Origin: Phycisphaerae bacterium
GTDB taxonomy: Bacteria; Planctomycetota; Phycisphaerae; UBA1845; Fen-1342
NCBI GenBank assembly: GCA_963675745.2
Contig: CAXXWX010000007.1
Location: 64,001 to 128,000 of the forward strand
DNA: 64,000 bases
Direction: 5' to 3'
Shown one piece after another: positions 10,191-19,000 of the stretch. Made by a program: the position numbers and the translations under genes. Position 1 is the stretch's first letter. Each line of letters opens with the position of its first letter. The notes below the pieces were generated by a model. That model searched no databases. It was not told where the DNA came from and was given only the letters and a program-made list of their open reading frames with translations.

Positions 10191-10724
10191 TCAGCTACCG
10201 CGCAAGATTTCGACGATGAAATCATAACCGCCGTCAGTTGTGGCCGAATCCACCAGGCGCGCGTTTATCACGTCGCCACAGGTGTATTCCGATCCGCTCT
10301 CCAGGGCCGCGCCGGTGTAGTCGATCTGGGTCGTGCCGCCCGCGTTGGTCAGCACGTTGGCCGCCACGGTCGTAACCGAGTAGCTGGCGTCGATCTGCCC
10401 GAAGCTGATCAGTCCCACCGGGCAACTCAGGATCTCGTTGCGTTTTTCGCCCGCGGGGACCTCGACGCCGAAATTGCGGGCGCCGAGCGTTGGATCCTGG
10501 GCGTCGGATTGCTCAAAAGCCTGGAAGACGGCGGGCGAGCTGGTCTCGTTGGAAAAAACCACGGCGATAGTCCCTGACTGCGGCAGGATCGTGCCCGGGT
10601 CGATGCCTATTGCGCTGATAAAGTCAGGGTTAAATATGTCGCCCAGCAGAACACAGGCCGACAACGGCAGCAGCAACATCGCCGTCACCGCGATAGTCAG
10701 CAGGCATCGAGGACATCGCATCAT
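10191..10724 (-). CDS. Putative lipoprotein (paralog of 9642..10169)
   Basis: Lipobox LSAC; start reassigned to ATG 10724/10721 with GGAGG RBS. Confidence 0.78.
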   Translation of the reverse strand: MMRCPRCLLTIAVTAMLLLPLSACVLLGDIFNPDFISAIGIDPGTILPQSGTIAVVFSNETSSPAVFQAFEQSDAQDPTLGARNFGVEVPAGEKRNEILSCPVGLISFGQIDASYSVTTVAANVLTNAGGTTQIDYTGAALESGSEYTCGDVINARLVDSATTDGGYDFIVEILRGS

Positions 10725-10952
10725 TGACCAACCTCCCGGGCAGTCCGTAGTCCGCCCACTTTGCCACAGGCCGGCATAGCCCCGCCACAGCACGTCGCGC
10801 GGGACGCCTACGGCCGGCGCGCCCGCCGGCCGCGCGGGTGATGCTGTATTCTGGCGGCGGCGCCAAATCCCAGAGTGTCTCATCCCAAACGCCCCGGGCT
10901 GCGGGGTGTGGGAGCTAGTCGGTCAGCACGGTTTTTGACCGACAAACGGTAC

Positions 10953-11504
10953 TTAGTACTTCAGGACGCTGTAGACCGGGTACTCTCGCAACCGTTCCCG
11001 GCCGTGCAGTGCCTCCAATTCGATCAATACCGCCACCGCCATCACGGTGGCACCGAGGGACTGGACCAGATCGCAGCAGGCGGCCAGTGTGCCACCCGTC
11101 GCCAGCAGATCATCAACAATCAGCACCTGCTGACCGGCCTTGGTGGCGTCCTCGTGGATCTCCAGGCAGTCCGTCCCATATTCAAGCTCATATTCGTGCC
11201 GTCTGACCTTTGCGGGCAGCTTGCCGGGCTTACGGATCGGAATGAAACCGACCGACAGGCCCTTGGCGACCGCCGTGCCGAAGATGAATCCGCGTGACTC
11301 GGCACTTGCGACTGCATCGACGCGCTGGCCGCGGTACGGCTGCATCATGTACTCGACCGCCAGCGCCAAACCGGCCGCATCCGCCAGCAAAGGCGTGATG
11401 TCCTTAAACAGGATTCCAGGTTTGGGAAAATCAGGAATATCGCGGATCAGCCGGCGTAGCCCGTCGGCGGCCGGTACCTGCTGGCTGCTTGCCGTAAGCA
11501 CCAT
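10953..11504 (-). CDS. apt: Adenine phosphoribosyltransferase
   Basis: IPDFPKPGILFKDITPLL, ESRGF, RKPGKLP, VDDLLATGGT. Confidence 0.97.
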   Translation of the reverse strand: MVLTASSQQVPAADGLRRLIRDIPDFPKPGILFKDITPLLADAAGLALAVEYMMQPYRGQRVDAVASAESRGFIFGTAVAKGLSVGFIPIRKPGKLPAKVRRHEYELEYGTDCLEIHEDATKAGQQVLIVDDLLATGGTLAACCDLVQSLGATVMAVAVLIELEALHGRERLREYPVYSVLKY

Positions 11505-11843
11505 GGCGGGATCCTGGGTTCCGATATACTGGCTTCGTTACGTACCACCGTCGACCTTCCAGGATCGACGGCCCCGCCACGCCTCTCCCAGCGACCGTTA
11601 CCATTCGGTAACCAACCGCTCGGCCGATGGCAGCAGCGTGATTTTCAGGGACATGCTAGTCCACGTGACCGTGACTAGCAAGCCAACGATGCGCGTTTTG
11701 AACTCGCCCGCGTTCCGCTCCGATACCACTTACGGAAACATCCGACCACACCCGTGGCGGCCGCGGTGCCGCGACGGTTTTCACCGCCCGACGCCCCTCC
11801 AGCCAGTCGGTGCCGAAGCGTGTCAGACCCCGAGGTGAAACGC

Positions 11844-12074
11844 GTGACGTGGTGGACGATGATCTTGTTCGCGGGCGGCCTTGGTGGCGCACTGCTGCTG
11901 CTCAACGGGCTCGCAGGCGTCGGCCGGGAGTGCCAGAACACGCTCGAGTCCTACTCCGAAATATTGGAAAGAGCACGGAGCGCCGAGCAGAAAAGCCAGG
12001 ATAAGGCCAAATCCGCCAAGCGCGGCGACAGCCGTCAGCGCGACAACTCAACGGAGGAGTACGAAGCCAAGTAG
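11844..12074 (+). CDS. Small single-pass membrane protein, hypothetical
   Basis: GAGGTG RBS before GTG 11844; N-terminal hydrophobic helix then charged tail. Confidence 0.55.
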   Translation: MTWWTMILFAGGLGGALLLLNGLAGVGRECQNTLESYSEILERARSAEQKSQDKAKSAKRGDSRQRDNSTEEYEAK

Positions 12075-12081
12075 CCGCGCC

Positions 12082-12165
12082 GCCGCCGGAGTCGTTGCGT
12101 CTTTCCCCCAGTCAGCTCTTCTTGCCGTGGCACTGTTTGTACTTCTTGCCCGACCCGCATGGGCA
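12082..12165. repeat. 84-bp direct repeat of the secA 3' end plus downstream bases (other copy 13751..13834)
   Basis: Manual alignment: 2 mismatches in 84 bp; encodes [17 protein letters not shown] on the minus strand. Confidence 0.93.
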
Positions 12166-12222
12166 AGCATCGTTGCGCCGTGATCCCCAGACCCTGATCG
12201 AGGAGCGCTCGCCGAAGCCGGC

Positions 12223-12834
12223 CTATATCCCGAGCAAGCTGCGGATTGTCTGCGTGACTGCAATATCGATGGCCTTCTTGATGACGAACCGCACGGCGGC
12301 GGCACACACCGTCCACTCGGCGTACAACCTGACCTTCCACTTGGGCCAGCCAGCGTCGCGCAGCTCGTGGAGTTGCTCGTGCAGTGAGGCCATGAAGCCC
12401 TCGCGCTCGCGACCGGGGATGATCCACTGCAGATAGCGAGTCCACCAGGTGGCCGATGAGCCGGAGTTGTCGCCGTATTGCGCTGCGGCGTGCTTGGATT
12501 CTCGATTACGCACAATGATGCTCAGTGCCGCTACGACGCAGACAGCATGGAGGATCAACACCATGATGCCGCACGTCAGACAGAAGAAGGCCCAAGGCGT
12601 GATGCATTCATCCTCCATTCCTCGTGCGGATACAAGAAACAGCACAAACGCCCCGGCTGCGGTAATCGCGACGAATGCGAGCATGCCGACTTCTCCCATC
12701 ATCCACCGGCACGCCACCAAAGCAATGCACTGAAGGACAAGGCACGCGGCGACTAGCAACCACTTGAACAACTCGCTACGCTGAATGAACCAACTGTCGG
12801 CTTCCCGCACCGCTGCCCTCATTTGCCTAAGCAT
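12223..12834 (-). CDS. PadR-associated membrane protein
   Basis: ATG 12834 overlaps the padR stop; three hydrophobic segments; C-terminal L.WIIP..ERE..M..L.E....G pattern like PadR partner domains. Confidence 0.65.
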   Translation of the reverse strand: MLRQMRAAVREADSWFIQRSELFKWLLVAACLVLQCIALVACRWMMGEVGMLAFVAITAAGAFVLFLVSARGMEDECITPWAFFCLTCGIMVLILHAVCVVAALSIIVRNRESKHAAAQYGDNSGSSATWWTRYLQWIIPGREREGFMASLHEQLHELRDAGWPKWKVRLYAEWTVCAAAVRFVIKKAIDIAVTQTIRSLLGI

Positions 12835-13180
12835 GTTGCACCCCCGCGATCGCGAAGCCGAATCGCTCCCATACGCTCGCGCCCGCGGCGGTAATGCGGT
12901 AGTACCGCCGCCGGTGGCCGGCCGTCTTCTCCGTGCTCTCCCTGTAGCCACCGCGGATAAGCCCCCGGTCCTCGACGCGTGCGAGTTGGACGTATAGCGA
13001 GCCGAGCGGCATCGGTTTGCCGGCCCGATTGGCCGCGCCATAGCGGCGGTTCAACTCCGCGCCGTGCAACTCCTCGCCGCGGGCCAGGCAGTCCAGGATC
13101 CAGAACTCCCGTTGCGTTGGGATCTTGGCGAGTTCAGGCTGGTCGCCAGCGCTAGGTCTGTTTCTTGATGCTGCCGCCAT
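12827..13180 (-). CDS. PadR family transcriptional regulator
   Basis: IL..L..GE.HG, GSLY..L.R.E..GLI, RRRYYRITAAG. Confidence 0.9.
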   Translation of the reverse strand: MAAASRNRPSAGDQPELAKIPTQREFWILDCLARGEELHGAELNRRYGAANRAGKPMPLGSLYVQLARVEDRGLIRGGYRESTEKTAGHRRRYYRITAAGASVWERFGFAIAGVQHA

Positions 13181-13384
13181 TGCGTGGGCCTCCTTCGATG
13201 CTTACAGATTGTAAGCATCGCATTCCTCCTGTCAAGCCCCTCGCCATGGCCCGTGACACAGATCAGACGTGTTGCGGGGAACCGAGGAGAGCGTGTCACT
13301 GACAATGCCGACGGGTCAGTGGGACTCATCGTCCAGCGGCCACACGCGGTTGGACGGTGGGACGTTCGCTTGTGCGTGTCGCGC

Positions 13385-13605
13385 CTGGCCGGCTTCAGCC
13401 GGACGGTCACTGCCATCCGTTTCAACGGGTGGTGCACAGCGCTATTGCCGCCACTGCTGCCGGGAGCCGGGCCTTCAGCCGGCTTCTCACGCCACGCGGT
13501 TGTGGGAAGCCCGGCTGAAGCCCGGCTGGATGTTGAGAGAATCGGCACGGTCCCTCATCCACCAACTGAAGTTGGTGGCAACGGCTGGTCGGCTGAAGCC
13601 GACCG
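13385..13605. repeat. Cluster of REP-like palindromes (GGCTTCAGCC / GGCTGAAGCC / CCACCAACTGAAGTTGGTGG)
   Basis: Several short hairpins with TTCA/TGAA loops in inverted arrangement. Confidence 0.7.
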
Positions 13606-13780
13606 ACGGCTCTTACGCAAATCGGGCATCTAGCAAGCCGCGATAGAGGTGTGACGCATCTGGCGAGCGGGGAGTCGAGGCCGGTTAGGAGTGGCCAGGA
13701 TCTCGGCGATCGTCGGCGCGCACTGCTGACACAGCAGTGGCACACCTGTTGCCGCCGGAGTCGTTGCGTCTTTCCCCCGG

Positions 13781-16700
13781 TCAGCTCTTCTTGCCGTGGC
13801 ATTGTTTGTACTTCTTGCCCGACCCGCATGGGCAGGGGTCATTACGGCCTACCTTCGGGAATTCGCGGCGAATGGTTTGCGCCTGGCCGGCCTCACCCTG
13901 CTTGCGCATCGCGGCATCCTGGTCGGCGGCGGCGGATGACAGGGCCATATTCGTGGCGTCCTGCTTGCTCGCCGTGCCGCTGGGCTCGGGCGGCGTGCGC
14001 GCTGCCACACCGCCACCCTCACCGCCGTCATCCGCGCCAAAGCCGGCGATGCGAACCTTGAAGATCAGGTCCGTCACGCGCTCGCGGATGTTCTCGAGCA
14101 TCTCATTAAAGAGCCGCGTCCCCTCGCGCTTGTATTCGATTTTCGGGTCGCGCTCGGCATAGCCACGCAGGCCGATACCATGCCGCAGCAGGTCCATCGC
14201 GTACATGTGGTCTTTCCAGACGCCGTCGAGCGTGCTGAGCAGCACATAACGCTCGAGCTGTGTCAGCTCAAACCGCAGCATCTGATACCCGCGCTCCTGA
14301 AGCTGGGGCGCCAGGTCATGATCAAAGTCCAGCGGATTGCCGTCCATCACCGCGCCGAAACGCTCGCGGGCCCAGTTGGTCAGGGCGTCGCCCGTGTGCT
14401 GTTTCAGGGCCTCCTCGATCTCGCCATCGAGCTTGCCGTTGACCAGGTACTCCTCGTTGACCGCGCGCAGCTCGTTAAAGATCTGCTCGGGCGTCTTGCC
14501 CTGGAAGTGTTCGTAGGTCCAGTCTGCGCGGTACTTGCGGTTGGCCCACCTGGCGAGCAACTGGCAGACCTCGAGCGCGTTGGAACCGCCGCGCTGCAGG
14601 GCGAAGTCGATCACGGCGGAGACGGGATACTCGATTTCGCGCTGCCGATACGCTGCCCGCATTTTCTCGCGGATGATCTCCTGGGCGTTCTCACGCAGCG
14701 CGCCGGCGATGTCATCAAGCGGGATTTCCACGTCGAACTTGTCGCGCGCCCACTGCACCAGGCGGGTCTTGGGCAACAGCGGATCGGCGTATATTTGTAG
14801 CGGGGAGAAATCGGTTTCCGCGACCTTCGCGGCCGCCGCCTCGGTGATCTGGTCGAGCAGGTCGGCGGGGTCGCCCTTGCGGATCTGGTTCTGGGTCAAG
14901 TTCAGGCCATAACTGCCGGCCCATTGTGAGAGCCCGCGGATGTCCCAGTCGTCGGGCTGCGCATCGGTATCGACGTATTCGCCGAACGTACGCTGGACCA
15001 GGCTGCGCACCTCATAGGATGCCAGATCGCGCACTTCCTCGCTCAGCGTGGAGAAGTCGGACGGATCGATCTTGTCCTCATTGATGTTGGCCCCCAGATT
15101 CTGGCCGACCCATTCCGCCACACAGTGGGCGGCATAGCGCGGATCGTAATAGCGTTCGATGGCGTCAGCGACGGTCTCGTCGATCGCGTCCCAGATCAGC
15201 TCGCTCAGGCCGCGTCCTTCCACGACCTGTTGGCGCTGCTGGTAGAAGGTCTTGCGCTGGTGGTCCATCACCTCGTCATAGTCGAGCAGGTTCTTGCGGA
15301 TACCGAAGTTGCGCTCCTCGACTTTCTTCTGGGCCTTCTCGATGCCACGCGAAAGACGCCGGTCCTCGATGGCCATGCCCTCCTGGAAGCCGATGAGGTT
15401 CAGCATCTTCAGCATCCACTCGCCCATGAAGAGGCGCAGCAGGTCATCTTCCATGGAGAGGAAGAACCGTGAGCTACCGGCGTCGCCCTGACGACCGCAG
15501 CGCCCGCGTAGCTGGTTGTCGATGCGGCGGCTCTCGTGGCGTTCGGTGCCGACCACGTGCAGGCCGCCCAGCGCCGCCACGCCCGGCCCGAGGCGGATGT
15601 CCGTTCCGCGGCCGGCCATGTTTGTGGCGATCGTGACGTTGCCGACCATGCGTTTCTTCTTGCCGCGCATCTCCTCGTGCTGGAACCCGGCCTTGGCGAT
15701 GATCTCGGCCTCGCGCGCATGGTTCTTGGCGTTCAGCACTTCGTGATCCAGGCCGTAGCGCTGGGCCAGCAGCTTGCTGAGCTTCTCCGAGTTCTCCACG
15801 CTGGCCGTGCCAACGAGAATCGGCCGGCCCGAAAGCTCGCCGCCCATAATCCGCGTATACGCCTCACGCTGACCCTGTTCGTTCTCGCTATCGGCGACGG
15901 CGTCACTGATGATGGCGATCTGCTCGTCGATCTGCGCGTCGGTTTCGCCCTTGTACTTGGCCTCGCGCAGGGTGGAGCGCGCCAGCTTGAGCGTGTCCTC
16001 GAGCGAGATCGGGTCGGCCGGGCAGCCTTCCTGACAGTGCGAACGGATTTCCTCGACGATCGCGTCGTACTTGCTGCCGACCGATTTGTAGATCTTGTCA
16101 TTGAAGTCGATGCGGCGAATGGGTTGATTGGTCGGAATGGCGATGACCTCGAGATCATATATCTTCATGAACTCGTCGGCCTCGGTCATCGCGGTGCCGG
16201 TCATGCCGGCCAACTCCTCGTAAAGCTTGAAGAGGTTTTGCAGAGTGATCGTCGCCAGCGTCTGCGTTTCCTGCTTGATGGTCACGCGTTCCTTGGCCTC
16301 GACGGCCTGGTGCAGGCCGTCGGACCATTGCCGCCCGGTCATCAAACGCCCGGTGAACTCGTCAACAATGACGATCGTGTCGTCCTGGATGACGTATTCT
16401 TTGTCTTTCTGGTAGGCCAAGTGGGCCCGCAGGGCGTTGTCGATATAGTGCGGCCAGTTCATGTTCTTGCTGTCGTAGAACGTTCCGATCGACAGCTCCT
16501 GCTGCGCGGCCTTGGCGCCGTGCTCGGTCATATGGGCGCTCTTGCGATCGAGCTCGACGACAAAATACTGGAGCAACCCGATGGCCTCGGCCTCGTCCGA
16601 CGAAAGCCACAGCGGGTCGGCCCGGAACTTCCTCAAACCCGACTCGAACTTGGCGTCGCCCTTCAGGTGTGTCGGCGGGCTCTTCTCAAGCTCGGCCACG

Positions 16701-17740
16701 CGCCCGCTCATCTCGCGAATCGACTGCTGCTGCTTCTTGACCAACATCCGCGCGATGTTGTCGGCCACGCGATAGTTGTTCACATCGTCGTGCGCCGGGC
16801 CGGAGATGATCAGCGGCGTACGGGCCTCATCGATCAGGATCGAGTCGACCTCATCGACCACGACATAGTGCTGCTTGCCCTGCACCTGGTCGCGGACACT
16901 GTGTTTCATGTTGTCGCGCAGGTAGTCAAAGCCGAACTCGCTGTTCGTGCCGTAGGTGATGTCGCAGGCGTACGCCGACCGACGCTGCTCGACACCCGCT
17001 CCGAACGTGTCCATGTCGGCGCTGATGAACCCGACGCTCACGCCGAGCAATTCGAAAATCGGCCGGCAGAACTCGGCGTCGCGTTTCACGAGGTAGTCGT
17101 TAACCGTGACCATGTGGACCTTGAGATCCTGGAGCACCTTCATGTAGTTGGCCATGTAGCAGACGATAGTCTTGCCTTCACCCGTCCGCATTTCGGCGAC
17201 GTTGTTGTCCTCCAACACCTTGCCGCCGATGAGCTGGCATTCGAACTGCCGGTGCTCGCGAGCGCGGCGTGAGGCCTCGCGTACGCAGGCGTAGGCTTCG
17301 GCCCGCACGGCCTCTATCCCCTCGCCGTCGGCCAGGCGCTGCTTGAATTCGGCGGTCTTGGCGCGCAGTTGCTCCTCTGAAAGCTCCTTGATGCGCTCTT
17401 CGAGCGGTTCGACCTCGGTTTGCACGATATGACGCAGCGCCAGCACCACCCGGTCGTTGCGCCCGGGCATGAATTTGAACAGCAGGTAGCCTATGTAAAG
17501 CAGCCATGCGACAGCCAGCACGGCGAAGATCGGCGCCACCACCTCGCGTTGCGCCCAGCCCAGCCCGGCGGCGTCGGGGCCGATGACCAGCGCCAGAATC
17601 AGCAGCGCGATCACCAGCGTGAAGACACCCGCGAGTCCCACCAGGCGCATGTGCCGGCGCAGGCGGTACCAGAACACGGTCGACGCGCTGGTCGCATCGC
17701 GCAGGACGTCCGTGTCACCGTAGTATTTCAACCAAAGCAT
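13781..17740 (-). CDS. secA: Preprotein translocase ATPase SecA, with N-terminal membrane extension, internal insertions and C-terminal SEC-C zinc motif
   Basis: [67 protein letters not shown]; start taken as ATG 17740 with upstream GGAG. Confidence 0.96.
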   Translation of the reverse strand: MLWLKYYGDTDVLRDATSASTVFWYRLRRHMRLVGLAGVFTLVIALLILALVIGPDAAGLGWAQREVVAPIFAVLAVAWLLYIGYLLFKFMPGRNDRVVLALRHIVQTEVEPLEERIKELSEEQLRAKTAEFKQRLADGEGIEAVRAEAYACVREASRRAREHRQFECQLIGGKVLEDNNVAEMRTGEGKTIVCYMANYMKVLQDLKVHMVTVNDYLVKRDAEFCRPIFELLGVSVGFISADMDTFGAGVEQRRSAYACDITYGTNSEFGFDYLRDNMKHSVRDQVQGKQHYVVVDEVDSILIDEARTPLIISGPAHDDVNNYRVADNIARMLVKKQQQSIREMSGRVAELEKSPPTHLKGDAKFESGLRKFRADPLWLSSDEAEAIGLLQYFVVELDRKSAHMTEHGAKAAQQELSIGTFYDSKNMNWPHYIDNALRAHLAYQKDKEYVIQDDTIVIVDEFTGRLMTGRQWSDGLHQAVEAKERVTIKQETQTLATITLQNLFKLYEELAGMTGTAMTEADEFMKIYDLEVIAIPTNQPIRRIDFNDKIYKSVGSKYDAIVEEIRSHCQEGCPADPISLEDTLKLARSTLREAKYKGETDAQIDEQIAIISDAVADSENEQGQREAYTRIMGGELSGRPILVGTASVENSEKLSKLLAQRYGLDHEVLNAKNHAREAEIIAKAGFQHEEMRGKKKRMVGNVTIATNMAGRGTDIRLGPGVAALGGLHVVGTERHESRRIDNQLRGRCGRQGDAGSSRFFLSMEDDLLRLFMGEWMLKMLNLIGFQEGMAIEDRRLSRGIEKAQKKVEERNFGIRKNLLDYDEVMDHQRKTFYQQRQQVVEGRGLSELIWDAIDETVADAIERYYDPRYAAHCVAEWVGQNLGANINEDKIDPSDFSTLSEEVRDLASYEVRSLVQRTFGEYVDTDAQPDDWDIRGLSQWAGSYGLNLTQNQIRKGDPADLLDQITEAAAAKVAETDFSPLQIYADPLLPKTRLVQWARDKFDVEIPLDDIAGALRENAQEIIREKMRAAYRQREIEYPVSAVIDFALQRGGSNALEVCQLLARWANRKYRADWTYEHFQGKTPEQIFNELRAVNEEYLVNGKLDGEIEEALKQHTGDALTNWARERFGAVMDGNPLDFDHDLAPQLQERGYQMLRFELTQLERYVLLSTLDGVWKDHMYAMDLLRHGIGLRGYAERDPKIEYKREGTRLFNEMLENIRERVTDLIFKVRIAGFGADDGGEGGGVAARTPPEPSGTASKQDATNMALSSAAADQDAAMRKQGEAGQAQTIRREFPKVGRNDPCPCGSGKKYKQCHGKKS

Positions 17741-17915
17741 GAGGCCGGTATCTCCGAATCCTGGGTCGCGGTCGCCGCGCCTGGCAGACCGCCGCAAGAT
17801 GCGACATCGCGTCCGCCCCCCGTGGCGGACGTTGGACTTCGAGGCAGTTTCGCTGATCTACGTCGGCCACGGGGGGCCGACACTACCGCTGCGGTCGCTG
17901 CCATCGCGCTCGCCG

Positions 17916-18488
17916 CTAGCCCTTGGCCCGCTCGATGTACTCACCCGAGCGCGTGTCGATGCGCAGCACGTCGCCGATGCCGATGAAGGGCGGCACCTTG
18001 ACTTGCAGGCCGGTCTCCAGGGTGGCGTCTTTGTTCTGGTTGGTCGCCGTGGCGCCCTTGATCGCGGGCGTGGTGTCGGTGACCGCCAGCTCGACGGTGT
18101 TCGGCAGTTCGACCGCGACCAGCTCTCCGTCGATGAACTGGCAAGCTATGACCTCGTTGCCCTTCAAGTACTGCTCGCCGCCCTCGATGACATCGACCGG
18201 GATGTTGATCTGGTCGTACGTCTGCTGGTCCATCACAACAAAGCTGTCGGCGTCGCGATAGAGATACTCAAACGGCTTGGACTCGACGTACGGCGTCTCC
18301 ACCTTGTCATCGACCGAGAAGCGCGCGTCGGCAAGCTGGCCGGTCTTGATGTTCTTGAGCTTGGCCTGGATGTAACTGCGCCAGTTGCCCTTGGCCACGT
18401 GCTGCACGGTGTGGACGCGGAACAGCCCGCCCTCATAGCTGACGACCTTGCCCTTCCGCAGTTCGCTGGCTTTTATCATCTCGGTCAT
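17916..18488 (-). CDS. efp: Elongation factor P
   Basis: ASELRKG, EYLYRD, K.ATLETG..VKVPPFI..GD...IDTRSGEY..R; true start ATG 18488 with AGGAG RBS. Confidence 0.93.
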   Translation of the reverse strand: MTEMIKASELRKGKVVSYEGGLFRVHTVQHVAKGNWRSYIQAKLKNIKTGQLADARFSVDDKVETPYVESKPFEYLYRDADSFVVMDQQTYDQINIPVDVIEGGEQYLKGNEVIACQFIDGELVAVELPNTVELAVTDTTPAIKGATATNQNKDATLETGLQVKVPPFIGIGDVLRIDTRSGEYIERAKG

Positions 18489-18630
18489 GCTCCTGTACTC
18501 TCGCCGATGTCCAACGCCACCAGCCCCGTGGCGGTGTGACGACCGGACGTGATCGCTCTTCTCATTTAGAACCCGGAAGTATACCACATCCCGCGTGCCG
18601 CGCCGACGCTGGGCGGAAGGCGTGTGTCGC

Positions 18631-19000
18631 ACATTGGCGTGTAAAGCACTTGCCGGCGGTTGCCGCCGCGTCACCCCCGCGTGACTTGCCCCGCATTTAA
18701 CTCCAGCCCGGCGCGGAATGCTCAGCAGCGTCGACGCCGGCGGCCACCATGCAGTTTCAGGCTTGTGCTGGTGCGAGATTCCTATCTCGCACCCACCCAC
18801 GCGGGAATCCGTTCCCGCTTGCTCAGACTGCGGTCCCGCCGGGGGAACGTGCGAGAAGGGATTCTCGCACGAGCGGACATCGGCGTGTAAGGCACATGGC
18901 GGCGGCTTCCGCCGCGTCACTCCCGCGTGACTTGCCCCGCATTTAACTCCAGCCCGGCGCGGAATGCTCAGCAGCGTCGATGCCGGCGGCCACCATGCAG
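18631..19000. repeat. 124-bp direct repeats (18631..18754 and 18877..19000) enclosing a REP-like hairpin pair
   Basis: Constant 246-bp offset; second copy includes the last codons of the 18968..21181 gene; spacer holds GTGCGAGA-n6-TCTCGCAC twice. Confidence 0.92.

Noticed and set aside
12082..19000. Direct-repeat pairs as template/variable repeats of a diversity-generating retroelement
   Set aside because: Mismatches are few, largely synonymous and not adenine-specific; no RT gene nearby
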